A DNA stretch of 32,000 nt from Bacillus subtilis subsp. subtilis str. 168 (GCF_000009045.1 NC_000964.3:420001-452000); one strand, 5' to 3'. Shown: positions 1 to 8,674, counted from the first letter of the stretch. The notes: generated by a model from the sequence alone, not told the origin. Translations and numbers: made by a program.

Positions 1-27
1 CTTTTAGTGTCTATCTTTGGCGGAGAA

Positions 28-58
28 GTTATACCGCATCTAACCCTAATGCATAATC
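28..58 (+). promoter_or_regulatory. Possible forespore (sigma-G-type) promoter of the gerK operon
   Basis: GTTATA (28..33), an 18-nt spacer, then CATAATC (52..58). This loosely resembles the sigma-G -35 GnATa / -10 CAtnnTA pattern and lies about 50 nt upstream of gerKA. Germinant receptor operons are known to be forespore-expressed. The match is imperfect. Confidence 0.3.
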
Positions 59-109
59 TCAATTTTAAAAGGAAGAATATGAGAAAACGACAAGGAAAGG
101 TATTTGTGT

Positions 110-1744
110 ATGCCTTTATTTTCTAAGCGAAAGAACAATACCGATTCAAAAGACAAGCAGAATACAGACGAAAGGAATCAGGAACAGCAGCAAGAAAAAG
201 AAAGGCCGGTTCTCATTTCTCCAAGTTTAGCAAAGAATATAGCGGAAACGAAAAAGGAAGTCGGAAGCAGCTCTGACGTCATCATTCGCGAGATTAAAAT
301 CGGGGAGCAGGATCATGTCCACCTAGCTGTTATCTATATTTCTGGGCTGGTCGATAATAACACGATCCATGAGTCGTTAATTGACCCATTGGTACAGGAT
401 GAGTCTATCCAGAATACTCATGCGATCCAGCAAATTCTTGAAAAAACGCTCCCGCTGGGCGGGGTGAAAGCGGAAAAGAGCTGGGACAAGCTTTTTTCCG
501 AGTTAATGCTTGGCAATGCGCTCATTTTTGCTGATGGCCATGATGAAGCTTTGATTTGCAGCACTCAAGGGGGAGAGCAGCGCTCCATCCAAGAGCCGAG
601 CACCCAGGTGTCATTCCGCGGCCCGCGCCAAGGGTTTACAGAGTCTCTGCAAACCAATATTTCCATGATCCGGCGATACATTAAAAATCCGAATTTATGG
701 GTTGAAAAAATGAAAAAAGGTTCTGTTACGAATACGGATATCGCTCTCATGTACATTCAAGGAATATGTGATGAAAAGGTGCTGAAGGAAGTGAAACAGC
801 GCCTGGAAAAAATAGATATTGACAGTATTTTGGAATCTGGATATATTGAGCAGCTGATTGAAGATGAAACCTTTACGACGTTTCCGACTATGTATCATAC
901 AGAACGCCCTGATGTTGTAGCGGGTAATCTGTTAGAAGGAAGATTCGCGATTATTGTGGACGGAACACCGTTTGTGCTTATTGCCCCAGCCTTATTTGTC
1001 CAGTTTTTTCAGTCTGTTGAGGATTATTATTCGCGTTTTGACATTGCGACAAGCATAAGAATTCTTCGTGTTTTAGTCTTTTTCATTTCGCTTGTGGCAC
1101 CAGCTGTATACGTGGCAGCCACGACGTTTCATCAAGAAATGATACCGACTCAGCTGTTAGTGGTCATTGCGGCCCAGCGGGAAATTGTCCCGTTTCCGGC
1201 TGTTGTGGAGGCGCTGACGATGGAGGTTGCTTTTGAGATTCTGAGGGAAGCGGGAGTCAGGCTGCCCCGGGTTGTCGGCTCGGCAGTGTCAATCGTAGGC
1301 GCGCTCGTAATCGGCCAGGCTGCCGTACAGGCTGGTATCGTCTCTCCGGCAATGGTGATTATCGTGGCACTCACCGCGATTGCGAGCTTCGCAACACCGG
1401 CGTTTGCAATGGCGATTTCAGCCCGGCTTATTCGGTTTATCTTTATTATTGCCTCAGCTGTTATGGGTTTTTACGGGCTGATTTTAGGGATCATTATGAT
1501 GTTTGTCCACTTATGCAGTCTTCGTTCATTCGGCGTTCCATATATGTCGCCGCTTGCACCTTTTTCTTCACAAGGCGTAAAGGACGCGCTTTTCCGGGTT
1601 CCGTGGTGGGCCGATGAAAAAAGGCCGGAATCGGTCAGCAAGGAAGATAAGGTGCGGCAGGGGAAAGATCAACGCCCAGAGCCGGCCGCTTCACGAGGAA
1701 TGGTGAACAAAGATTTGGAAGAAGGGGATCAGAATGGTACGTAA
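110..1744 (+). CDS. gerKA: Spore germinant receptor subunit A (GerA family)
   Basis: The track ORF 104..1744 starts at a TTG. The ATG at 110 lies 9 nt after the AAGGAAAGG SD (92..100) and is the better start. The protein has a hydrophilic N-terminal domain followed by a multi-TM C-terminal half. It overlaps the next gene by 11 nt. Sequence recognised as B. subtilis GerKA. Confidence 0.93.
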   Translation: MPLFSKRKNNTDSKDKQNTDERNQEQQQEKERPVLISPSLAKNIAETKKEVGSSSDVIIREIKIGEQDHVHLAVIYISGLVDNNTIHESLIDPLVQDESIQNTHAIQQILEKTLPLGGVKAEKSWDKLFSELMLGNALIFADGHDEALICSTQGGEQRSIQEPSTQVSFRGPRQGFTESLQTNISMIRRYIKNPNLWVEKMKKGSVTNTDIALMYIQGICDEKVLKEVKQRLEKIDIDSILESGYIEQLIEDETFTTFPTMYHTERPDVVAGNLLEGRFAIIVDGTPFVLIAPALFVQFFQSVEDYYSRFDIATSIRILRVLVFFISLVAPAVYVAATTFHQEMIPTQLLVVIAAQREIVPFPAVVEALTMEVAFEILREAGVRLPRVVGSAVSIVGALVIGQAAVQAGIVSPAMVIIVALTAIASFATPAFAMAISARLIRFIFIIASAVMGFYGLILGIIMMFVHLCSLRSFGVPYMSPLAPFSSQGVKDALFRVPWWADEKRPESVSKEDKVRQGKDQRPEPAASRGMVNKDLEEGDQNGT

Positions 1745-2957
1745 ATGTCTATTAGCCGTTCTCATGCTTTTGAGCGTCATTGTGCTGCCCGGCTGCTGGG
1801 ATAAGCGGGAGCTGACGGATCTTGCGATTATCTCGGCGATTGGCATCGATCGGACAAACGACAGCAACTACGTGCTGCATCTTCAAATTATCAATCCAGG
1901 AAATGTTGCCGGCGGCCTTCAGGGAGGCGGTGCTGGAGACAGGCCGCCTGTATCTGTCTATTCGATTGAAGGTAACAATATAACGGAAGCACTCAGAAAA
2001 GCCTCCATGAAGGTATCACGGCGGCTTTATTTTGCCCATACCAATCTAGTCGTGATCAATGAAAAGCTGGCAAAAGAAGAAGGTTTGGATTTTGTATTAG
2101 ATAATCTTGACCGGGACACAGAATTCAGGACAACAGCAACATTCGTCGTTGCCCATAAAACAAAAGCAGAAAATATTGTGAAAATCTTGACGCCGATTGA
2201 TAAAATTCCGTCAAATAAAGTCAATAAAACACTCGATTTCACGGAGGCACAATACGGGCGGGTGGTCAAAATCAATATTCAGGACGTTTTGAAAACACTT
2301 GCCGCCAACACTATGGCACCGGTCATCCCCGGATATATGATGATTGGTGACGATAAAAAAGGAGTCAGCATGGAAAACACGCAGGCGACTGACCCGAAAG
2401 CCATTCTTCAGGCAGATGGTTTGGCGGTTTTTGATAAGGCAGGATATTTAAAGTATTGGCTGGAAGATGATGAAAGCGTGGGGGCAGTCTGGCTTATGAA
2501 TAAGATCCAGCATACGTTTATTAATGCTGACTGGGGCAAGACGAAGGATGCGGTCAGCTTGCAGGTTACCCATCAAGATACAAAGCTGGTACCGAAAATG
2601 CGGAACGGACGCCCGTACATCCATGTGAAAGTGTCGGTTGAAGGTATTATAGATGCTGTCAAATACCCTTTCCAATTGTCTGATCCCAAGGTGCTGGCCG
2701 CTATTGAAAAAGCGCTCAACAAAGAGCTTGAAAAGGAAATCAGCCATACTGTGAAAAAGATTAAGAAGAATAAAATAGATTTTATCGGTTTTGGTGACAC
2801 GATATATAGAAAGTATCCGGAGCAGTGGGAGAAAATGAAGGACACTTGGGACAAAGAATATTTGCCGGAACTGCCCATCGATGTGAAGGCCGAGACGTAT
2901 ATCAGAAGGACGGGATTGCGAAACAATCCGATCAAACACCAGTTTAAAGATGATTAG
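1734..2957 (+). CDS. gerKC: Spore germinant receptor subunit C, lipoprotein
   Basis: 407-aa ORF with a signal peptide ending in the lipobox VLPGC. SD GAAGGGGA lies upstream. It is translationally coupled to gerKA (overlap 1734..1744). Recognised as GerKC. Confidence 0.93.
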   Translation: MVRKCLLAVLMLLSVIVLPGCWDKRELTDLAIISAIGIDRTNDSNYVLHLQIINPGNVAGGLQGGGAGDRPPVSVYSIEGNNITEALRKASMKVSRRLYFAHTNLVVINEKLAKEEGLDFVLDNLDRDTEFRTTATFVVAHKTKAENIVKILTPIDKIPSNKVNKTLDFTEAQYGRVVKINIQDVLKTLAANTMAPVIPGYMMIGDDKKGVSMENTQATDPKAILQADGLAVFDKAGYLKYWLEDDESVGAVWLMNKIQHTFINADWGKTKDAVSLQVTHQDTKLVPKMRNGRPYIHVKVSVEGIIDAVKYPFQLSDPKVLAAIEKALNKELEKEISHTVKKIKKNKIDFIGFGDTIYRKYPEQWEKMKDTWDKEYLPELPIDVKAETYIRRTGLRNNPIKHQFKDD

Positions 2958-2981
2958 GTCTGAAGAAAGGGGAAGTGACAG

Positions 2982-4103
2982 ATGGAAAAAGCCAGAATAA
3001 GCATAAGGCAGTTGTTTGTCATGATTATCATTTTTGAACTGGGCAGCTCCTTATTGATTACACCGGGATCAATGGCGGGCAGGGATGCTTGGATAGCAGT
3101 TTTATTAGGCTGTGCGATCGGACTGTTTCTTTTCTATTTGTATCAAGGCATTTATCAATGTTATCCGAATTCTTCTCCGAAAGAATATATGGATGATATG
3201 CTGGGAACCAAGCTGAGCTGGCTGTTTTCATTTCTCTATATCTTGTACTTTGCCTATATTGCCGCAAGGGTGCTGCGTGACTTTGGAGAAATGCTGCTGA
3301 CGTTTGCTTATCATGATACACCTATCATTATTGTAAATGCTTTATTAATGGTAGTAAGCATATATGCCGTAAGAAAAGGAATTGAAGTACTCGCACGCGC
3401 GGCCGAACTTCTTTTCGGGGCCATGTATTTACTGGGCGCGATCGGCCTTGTGCTGATTATTGTCTCAGGGACTATAGACCCGCACAATTTAAAGCCGGTT
3501 TTGGCAAACGGCATTTCTCCTGTCCTTCACTCTGTTTTCACACAGACCATGTACGTTCCATTTGGTGAAGTTGTTTTATTTGTGATGATTTTCCCTAACC
3601 TGAATGACAGAAAAGATGTGAAAAAAATGGGGATGATCGCCATGGCTATTAGCGGATTGATTGTGGCGCTCACCGTGGCGATTAATATTAGCGTGCTTGA
3701 TGTTGATCTTACACTCAGATCCCAGTTTCCGCTTTTAAGCACGATCCAGACAATCAAGGTCGAAGAATTTTTAGACCGGCTCGATGTCTTTTTTATGCTG
3801 GCGCTGATCATCGGCGGCTTCTTTAAGGTCAGCCTCTACTTATATGCCACTGTGGTTGGGACATCTACGCTCTTTAAGGAAAAGAACCCCTCTCAATTGG
3901 CTTATCCGATGGGATTGGGCATCTTAATCCTTTCTATAACGATCGCGACTAACTTTTCGGAGCACTTGAATGAAGGCCTGAACGTGGTGCCGCTGTATAT
4001 TCATTTGCCTTTTCAATTATTGTTTCCGCTCTTTCTGTTTATTGTGGCCGTTTGGAAAAAGAAACGAAGAGAGAAGTCAAAAGGGGAGGAAGCAAAAAAA
4101 TGA
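2982..4103 (+). CDS. gerKB: Spore germinant receptor subunit B (integral membrane, APC-like permease fold)
   Basis: 373-aa, highly hydrophobic multi-TM ORF. SD AAAGGGGAAG lies 5-6 nt upstream of the ATG at 2982. It is the third gene of a GerA-type A-C-B operon and is followed directly by a terminator. Confidence 0.93.
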   Translation: MEKARISIRQLFVMIIIFELGSSLLITPGSMAGRDAWIAVLLGCAIGLFLFYLYQGIYQCYPNSSPKEYMDDMLGTKLSWLFSFLYILYFAYIAARVLRDFGEMLLTFAYHDTPIIIVNALLMVVSIYAVRKGIEVLARAAELLFGAMYLLGAIGLVLIIVSGTIDPHNLKPVLANGISPVLHSVFTQTMYVPFGEVVLFVMIFPNLNDRKDVKKMGMIAMAISGLIVALTVAINISVLDVDLTLRSQFPLLSTIQTIKVEEFLDRLDVFFMLALIIGGFFKVSLYLYATVVGTSTLFKEKNPSQLAYPMGLGILILSITIATNFSEHLNEGLNVVPLYIHLPFQLLFPLFLFIVAVWKKKRREKSKGEEAKK

Positions 4104-4104
4104 T

Positions 4105-4140
4105 AAAAAGAGCGGGGGGATGCGGCCGCCGCTCTTTTTA
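4105..4140. terminator. Bidirectional intrinsic terminator between gerKB and yclH
   Basis: AAAAAGAGCGG ... CCGCTCTTTTT inverted repeat with a GC core (GAGCGG/CCGCTC). It has an A-run upstream and a T-run downstream, and starts 2 nt after the gerKB stop. Confidence 0.75.
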
Positions 4141-4207
4141 TGTTCACTTCTATATAAAAGGGGGATATAGGGTGCGCCCCTGTCTGCACTGGCAGAGGCG
4201 CGTTTTG

Positions 4208-4888
4208 TTATACGACTGCGACGTTTTCCTTCACAGTAAAACTTCCTCTTGAAAGTCTGATATTGATGTCTGACACTTTTGCAATTTGTTCATCGTGCGT
4301 CACCATAATGACGCATTTATCTTCCTTGTGCGCCAGATCCTGAAAGAGCCGTACGATCTCTTTTGATGTGTCCTCATCAAGGTTTCCGGTCGGTTCATCG
4401 GCTACGATAAGATCCGTGTCACAGCAGAAAGCCCTTGTAATTGATACCCGCTGCTGCTGTCCGCCGCTCAGTGTGAGCACTTTTTGCCGGGCTTGTTTTT
4501 CGTTGATGCCAACCTTCTGCAGCATGTCAAGCGCATATGATTCTTTGTTCTTTTCTTTAGAACCTGTGATTTCCATAGCGGTTGTGACGTTCTGCAAAGC
4601 CGTCATATACGGGAGCAGGTTGTACGCCTGAAAGACGATTGATACATATTGATTTCTGAAATTGGTTAAGCCGATTTTAGAAACCGCTTTTCCGTCGTAA
4701 AGGATGTTTCCTTCTTTTGGTGCGTCAAGTCCGCCTGCCAGAGACAGGAAAGTGGTTTTCCCCGTCCCTGATGTTCCGACGATTGTGTAGAATTTTCCTT
4801 TTTGAAAGCTGATGTTAATATCCTGAAACAATGGCTGGCTTTTGTTTTTATACCAGTAGCCGACTTGTTGAAATTGTAATAAGCTCAT
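4208..4888 (-). CDS. yclH: ABC transporter ATP-binding protein (MacB/FtsE-like)
   Basis: 226-aa ORF with Walker A GTSGTGKTT, ABC signature LSGGQQQR and Walker B LIVADEPT. It lies 15 nt downstream of the partner permease gene. Confidence 0.93.
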   Translation of the reverse strand: MSLLQFQQVGYWYKNKSQPLFQDINISFQKGKFYTIVGTSGTGKTTFLSLAGGLDAPKEGNILYDGKAVSKIGLTNFRNQYVSIVFQAYNLLPYMTALQNVTTAMEITGSKEKNKESYALDMLQKVGINEKQARQKVLTLSGGQQQRVSITRAFCCDTDLIVADEPTGNLDEDTSKEIVRLFQDLAHKEDKCVIMVTHDEQIAKVSDINIRLSRGSFTVKENVAVV

Positions 4889-4903
4889 AGGTTCCGCCTC
4901 TTT

Positions 4904-6364
4904 CTATTCCTGTTTTGTCAATATCGTTTTCGGATGAAGCCGCAGTACTGAAATTGACGGCAGCAATGTTGCAATGATTGCGATTAGGATGCCGATCCCG
5001 CCAAGTATAAGCATGTCGTTCATAGAAACCGCGACGTTCAGTGAATCGATAACGTCCACGTTGGATGAACTGTGGCCGAACATTTTGCCGCCCATGCCGC
5101 CACCGCCGCCGGGCATTTGTCCGCTTGCGGTTTGCGTTGAATCGGTTGATGAACTGATTTGCTGGGATAAAAGCTGATTTCCAAGCTGATTCGCGACGAG
5201 ATTTCCCGTCACAGATGCAAGGCCGATAGCGATAACGGCCACAATCAGAATCTCAGTCAAGAACTGTCCAATCAATTTCCATCGTTTTTCACCGATGGCC
5301 ATTAACACGCCCATTTCGTATTTGCGCTCCCTGATTGACATCATGACAATCAGGCCAAGAATGACGGCGCCTGCCACTGATACAAGATACACCACGTTTT
5401 TAGAGAAAGAAGCCACATTTTCAATCGGTCCGACCATTTGCTGGTAAAGCTGATCGTTTGTATTCAGTGTGTACGTATCAAAGTCAATTGATGTTTTCTT
5501 CGCTGCTTTTACGAAAGTATCCATATTTTTCGCGTCGTCCATATAGTAAACAGCTGAGTCAATCGTATTTTTATAGTCGTCGCCTTTCAATGCCGCTGTT
5601 GCTGTGTAAGGCGTATAAAGCTTGTTATAAGGATTTAAGAAAGAGAAATTTTGGGCTTGGTCATCACCTGAAGATGTTGTTTTATAAATACCGACGATCT
5701 TCAGTTTTACTGTTGTATCCTCATCCGTTGCTGATTCAATTGTGATCGAATCGCCAACGCTTAAATCATTTTCTTCCGCTAATGTTTCGTTGATCACTGT
5801 TACTTTTTTGCCGACATCTGATTTTGTAATCGCGCGTCCGTCTGTGATTTTTGAATCTCCGTCAGAGAAATCATCGACTAACGCTGTGCTGATGACACCT
5901 TCAATAGAAAGATCAGCTTGAACCATTTGCGGTCCGCCTTGTCCTCCGCCTTGACTGTTTTTAGCGTTTGAGCTTGAACTGCTGGAGCTGGAATCACTTG
6001 AACTAGAGCTTTCAATCGCATCAAAGTTTCCCGCGTTGGCTGAAGCTGATGTGGTGTAATTGTAGCTCTTCACATGATCAAGCGCTGCAAGCTTATTCGC
6101 ATCAGACACTTTGATCGGTGTGGATTCGAAGCTGCGCTTTTCACCGCTGTCCTGCTGTTTTTCCATTTGCTTTTGGCGGTCAACCTGAAGTGTCACGCTT
6201 CCACCGAGTTCCTGTCTGGCCAGTTCGCTTGACTTTTGTGCTGCCGACTGGATGGCGAGGCCTGATAGAACAAAGACACATATGACTGTAAACACAAATA
6301 ATTGCAATAACGTTTTTCCCTTTTTAGCCTTCATATTCCAAAAGGCCCGTTTGATAAAGTTCAT
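4904..6364 (-). CDS. yclI: ABC transporter permease, FtsX/MacB-type with a large extracytoplasmic domain
   Basis: 486-aa ORF. It has an N-terminal TM, an extracytoplasmic domain of about 300 aa, then a C-terminal FtsX-like 3-TM bundle. SD GGAGGA lies 6 nt upstream of the ATG (6364). Confidence 0.9.
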   Translation of the reverse strand: MNFIKRAFWNMKAKKGKTLLQLFVFTVICVFVLSGLAIQSAAQKSSELARQELGGSVTLQVDRQKQMEKQQDSGEKRSFESTPIKVSDANKLAALDHVKSYNYTTSASANAGNFDAIESSSSSDSSSSSSSSNAKNSQGGGQGGPQMVQADLSIEGVISTALVDDFSDGDSKITDGRAITKSDVGKKVTVINETLAEENDLSVGDSITIESATDEDTTVKLKIVGIYKTTSSGDDQAQNFSFLNPYNKLYTPYTATAALKGDDYKNTIDSAVYYMDDAKNMDTFVKAAKKTSIDFDTYTLNTNDQLYQQMVGPIENVASFSKNVVYLVSVAGAVILGLIVMMSIRERKYEMGVLMAIGEKRWKLIGQFLTEILIVAVIAIGLASVTGNLVANQLGNQLLSQQISSSTDSTQTASGQMPGGGGGMGGKMFGHSSSNVDVIDSLNVAVSMNDMLILGGIGILIAIIATLLPSISVLRLHPKTILTKQE

Positions 6365-6446
6365 TTATGTTCCTCCGTATAGGTATTTTTATTGATAAGA
6401 CCGCCTCTGGGGCGCGTCCCCTTGCTGATAAATTAATAGTAGTCCA

Positions 6447-6467
6447 AAGGTATGAAAAAAATATGAA
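6447..6467 (-). promoter_or_regulatory. Tandem direct repeat TTCATAnnTT x2 (candidate YclJ response-regulator site) upstream of yclI
   Basis: On the minus strand, TTCATATTTT (6458..6467) and TTCATACCTT (6447..6456) are 11 bp apart start-to-start. They lie about 85-100 nt upstream of the yclI start. OmpR-family regulators typically bind direct repeats spaced one helical turn apart. Confidence 0.45.
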
Positions 6468-6576
6468 CAATCTATTTCTAGTTGATGAAATAAAAACTAA
6501 CAATTGTGAAACGCAAAACCTTCTGTTTAAAATGGTGCTATTATATAAAAAAGCATCAAAACAACCGGAGGATATA

Positions 6577-7260
6577 ATGAAAATATTAATGATAGAAGAT
6601 AATGTTAGTGTATGTACGATGACGGAGATGTTCTTTTTTAAAGAAGGTTTTGAAGCCGAATTCGTTCATGACGGGTTAGAAGGGTACCAGCGTTTTACGG
6701 AAGAAAATTGGGATCTAATCATTTTGGATATCATGCTTCCATCTATGGACGGCGTGACCATCTGCAGAAAAATAAGAGAGACAAGCACGGTGCCGATTAT
6801 CATGCTGACTGCCAAAGACACTGAATCAGATCAGGTCATCGGTTTTGAGATGGGGGCGGACGATTATGTCACAAAGCCGTTCAGCCCGCTGACATTGGTT
6901 GCCCGCATCAAAGCCGTCATCAGAAGATATAAGGCGACAGGCAAAGCGGTTATTGATGAAGATATGATTGAAACGGAATGCTTTACCATTAATAAGAAGA
7001 CGAGAGAAGTATTATTAAACGGAGAGCCTGTAGAAAATCTCACGCCGAAGGAATTCGATCTGCTTTATTACCTTGTCCAAAATCCGCGGCAGGTGTTCTC
7101 CAGAGAACAGCTGCTTGAGCAGGTATGGGGCTATCAATTTTATGGAGATGAGCGAACGGTTGACGTTCATATCAAACGGCTGCGGAAAAAGCTTGCCAGC
7201 GAGGACAAGCCTTTCCTGTATACTGTGTGGGGAGTAGGGTATAAATTTGATGAAGATTAA
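6577..7260 (+). CDS. yclJ: OmpR-family two-component response regulator
   Basis: The track ORF 6367..7260 is over-extended. The ATG at 6577 follows SD GGAGG (6567..6571) and gives MKILMIEDN..., a canonical receiver-domain start. The phospho-acceptor Asp context is LIILDIMLP. The C-terminal winged helix ends ...YTVWGVGYKF. Confidence 0.92.
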   Translation: MKILMIEDNVSVCTMTEMFFFKEGFEAEFVHDGLEGYQRFTEENWDLIILDIMLPSMDGVTICRKIRETSTVPIIMLTAKDTESDQVIGFEMGADDYVTKPFSPLTLVARIKAVIRRYKATGKAVIDEDMIETECFTINKKTREVLLNGEPVENLTPKEFDLLYYLVQNPRQVFSREQLLEQVWGYQFYGDERTVDVHIKRLRKKLASEDKPFLYTVWGVGYKFDED

Positions 7261-8668
7261 ATATTTATATCAGCTGCTGCTAAGCCATATCAGCATTTTG
7301 ATTTTAGCGTTTGTCATTATCATTTCTCTGTTTTCCCACTTTGTGAAGGAATTTGCCTATCAGAACAAAGTAGAGGAATTGACGTCATATGCGGTGCAGA
7401 TTGCAAATGAATTCCAATCCGGCCAGGTGGACATGCGCAGGCTCTATCCTTATCAGGACATTTTAAGCACAAGAAAGACGCAATTTATCATCTTTAATGA
7501 AGAGCAGCAGCCTTATTTTCTTCCTGAAGGCTTTCATCACCCACCAAGGGAACAGCTGAAGAAATCAGAATGGAATAAGCTGAAAAAAGGGCAGACTGTC
7601 ACGATCAGGGCAGATGGCCGTTTTGATGATGAAGTGTCCCTTGTGGCGCAGCCTATATTTGTTCAGAACGAATTTAAAGGCGCCGTTCTGCTGATTTCTC
7701 CGATCAGCGGTGTTGAACAGATGGTCAATCAGGTCAACCTCTATATGTTTTACGCTGTGATCAGCACGCTTGTGATTACGATTCTTGTGAGCTGGCTTCT
7801 GTCCAAATTCCATGTCAAGCGGATTCAAAAGCTGAGAGAAGCGACAGATAAAGTGGCTTCCGGCGATTATGACATCCATTTGGAAAACAGCTACGGGGAC
7901 GAAATCGGCGTACTGGCGTCTGACTTTAATATCATGGCGAAAAAACTAAAGCAGTCAAGGGATGAAATCGAGCGCCTTGAGAAGCGGAGAAGGCAGTTTA
8001 TCGCTGACGTGTCACATGAATTAAAAACACCGCTGACGACGATCAACGGTTTGGTTGAAGGGTTGAACAGCCATACGATTCCTGAGGATAAAAAGGATAA
8101 ATGCTTCTCGCTGATCAGTGAGGAAACGAAGCGCATGCTGCGGCTCGTAAAAGAAAATCTGGATTATGAAAAAATCAGATCCCAGCAAATTACCTTGAAC
8201 AAGCTAGACGTTCCTCTGATCGAGGTGTTTGAAATCGTGAAAGAGCACTTGCAGCAGCAGGCGGAAGAAAAACAAAACAAGCTGATGATCCAAGTAGAGG
8301 ATCACGTCATCGTACATGCCGATTATGACCGGTTCATTCAAATTCTCGTCAACATTACGAAAAACAGCATCCAATTTACGCAAAACGGTGACATTTGGCT
8401 GCGCGGAATGGAAGGTTATAAAGAGACGATTATTGAAATTGAAGACACGGGTATCGGCATTCCAAAAGAGGATATTGAGCATATTTGGGAGCGATTCTAT
8501 AAAGCAGATATTTCAAGAACGAACACAGCATACGGTGAATACGGACTCGGTCTCTCGATCGTCAGGCAGCTCGTTGAAATGCACCAGGGCACAGTAGAAA
8601 TCAAGAGTGAAGAAGGGAAAGGCACAAAGTTCATCATCCGCCTTCCTTTAACGGCAAAACAGCAATAG
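7247..8668 (+). CDS. yclK: Sensor histidine kinase (2 TM, HAMP, HisKA, HATPase_c)
   Basis: 473-aa ORF with H-box SHELKTPLT, G-boxes DTGIGI and GLGLSIV, and two N-terminal TM segments flanking a sensing loop of about 150 aa. It overlaps yclJ by 14 nt. The start may be TTG 7247 or ATG 7250. Confidence 0.9.
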   Translation: MMKIKYLYQLLLSHISILILAFVIIISLFSHFVKEFAYQNKVEELTSYAVQIANEFQSGQVDMRRLYPYQDILSTRKTQFIIFNEEQQPYFLPEGFHHPPREQLKKSEWNKLKKGQTVTIRADGRFDDEVSLVAQPIFVQNEFKGAVLLISPISGVEQMVNQVNLYMFYAVISTLVITILVSWLLSKFHVKRIQKLREATDKVASGDYDIHLENSYGDEIGVLASDFNIMAKKLKQSRDEIERLEKRRRQFIADVSHELKTPLTTINGLVEGLNSHTIPEDKKDKCFSLISEETKRMLRLVKENLDYEKIRSQQITLNKLDVPLIEVFEIVKEHLQQQAEEKQNKLMIQVEDHVIVHADYDRFIQILVNITKNSIQFTQNGDIWLRGMEGYKETIIEIEDTGIGIPKEDIEHIWERFYKADISRTNTAYGEYGLGLSIVRQLVEMHQGTVEIKSEEGKGTKFIIRLPLTAKQQ

Positions 8669-8674
8669 CATACA

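Noticed and set aside
2448-2939. 163-aa and 120-aa minus-strand ORFs antisense within gerKC
   Set aside because: They lie entirely inside gerKC, have no SD or promoter signals, and have a low-complexity, stop-poor antisense frame. The same reasoning applies to the antisense ORFs inside yclN/yclO (12383..12769, 13390..13791), yclQ (15011..15394), gabT (22359..22755), gabD (23637..24041), ycnJ (27144..27452 and others) and mtlA (30674..31096).
4052-4252. 66-aa plus-strand ORF spanning the gerKB end, the terminator and the yclH 3' end
   Set aside because: It has no SD, crosses a bidirectional terminator and overlaps two well-supported genes. Its Arg/Gly-rich translation is typical of reading GC-rich hairpin DNA.
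6367-6576. N-terminal 70-codon extension of the yclJ track ORF (MFLRIGIFIDKTASG...)
   Set aside because: It runs through the AT-rich divergent promoter region and has no SD. The receiver domain begins at the ATG at 6577, directly after GGAGG. The extension is a stop-free accident.
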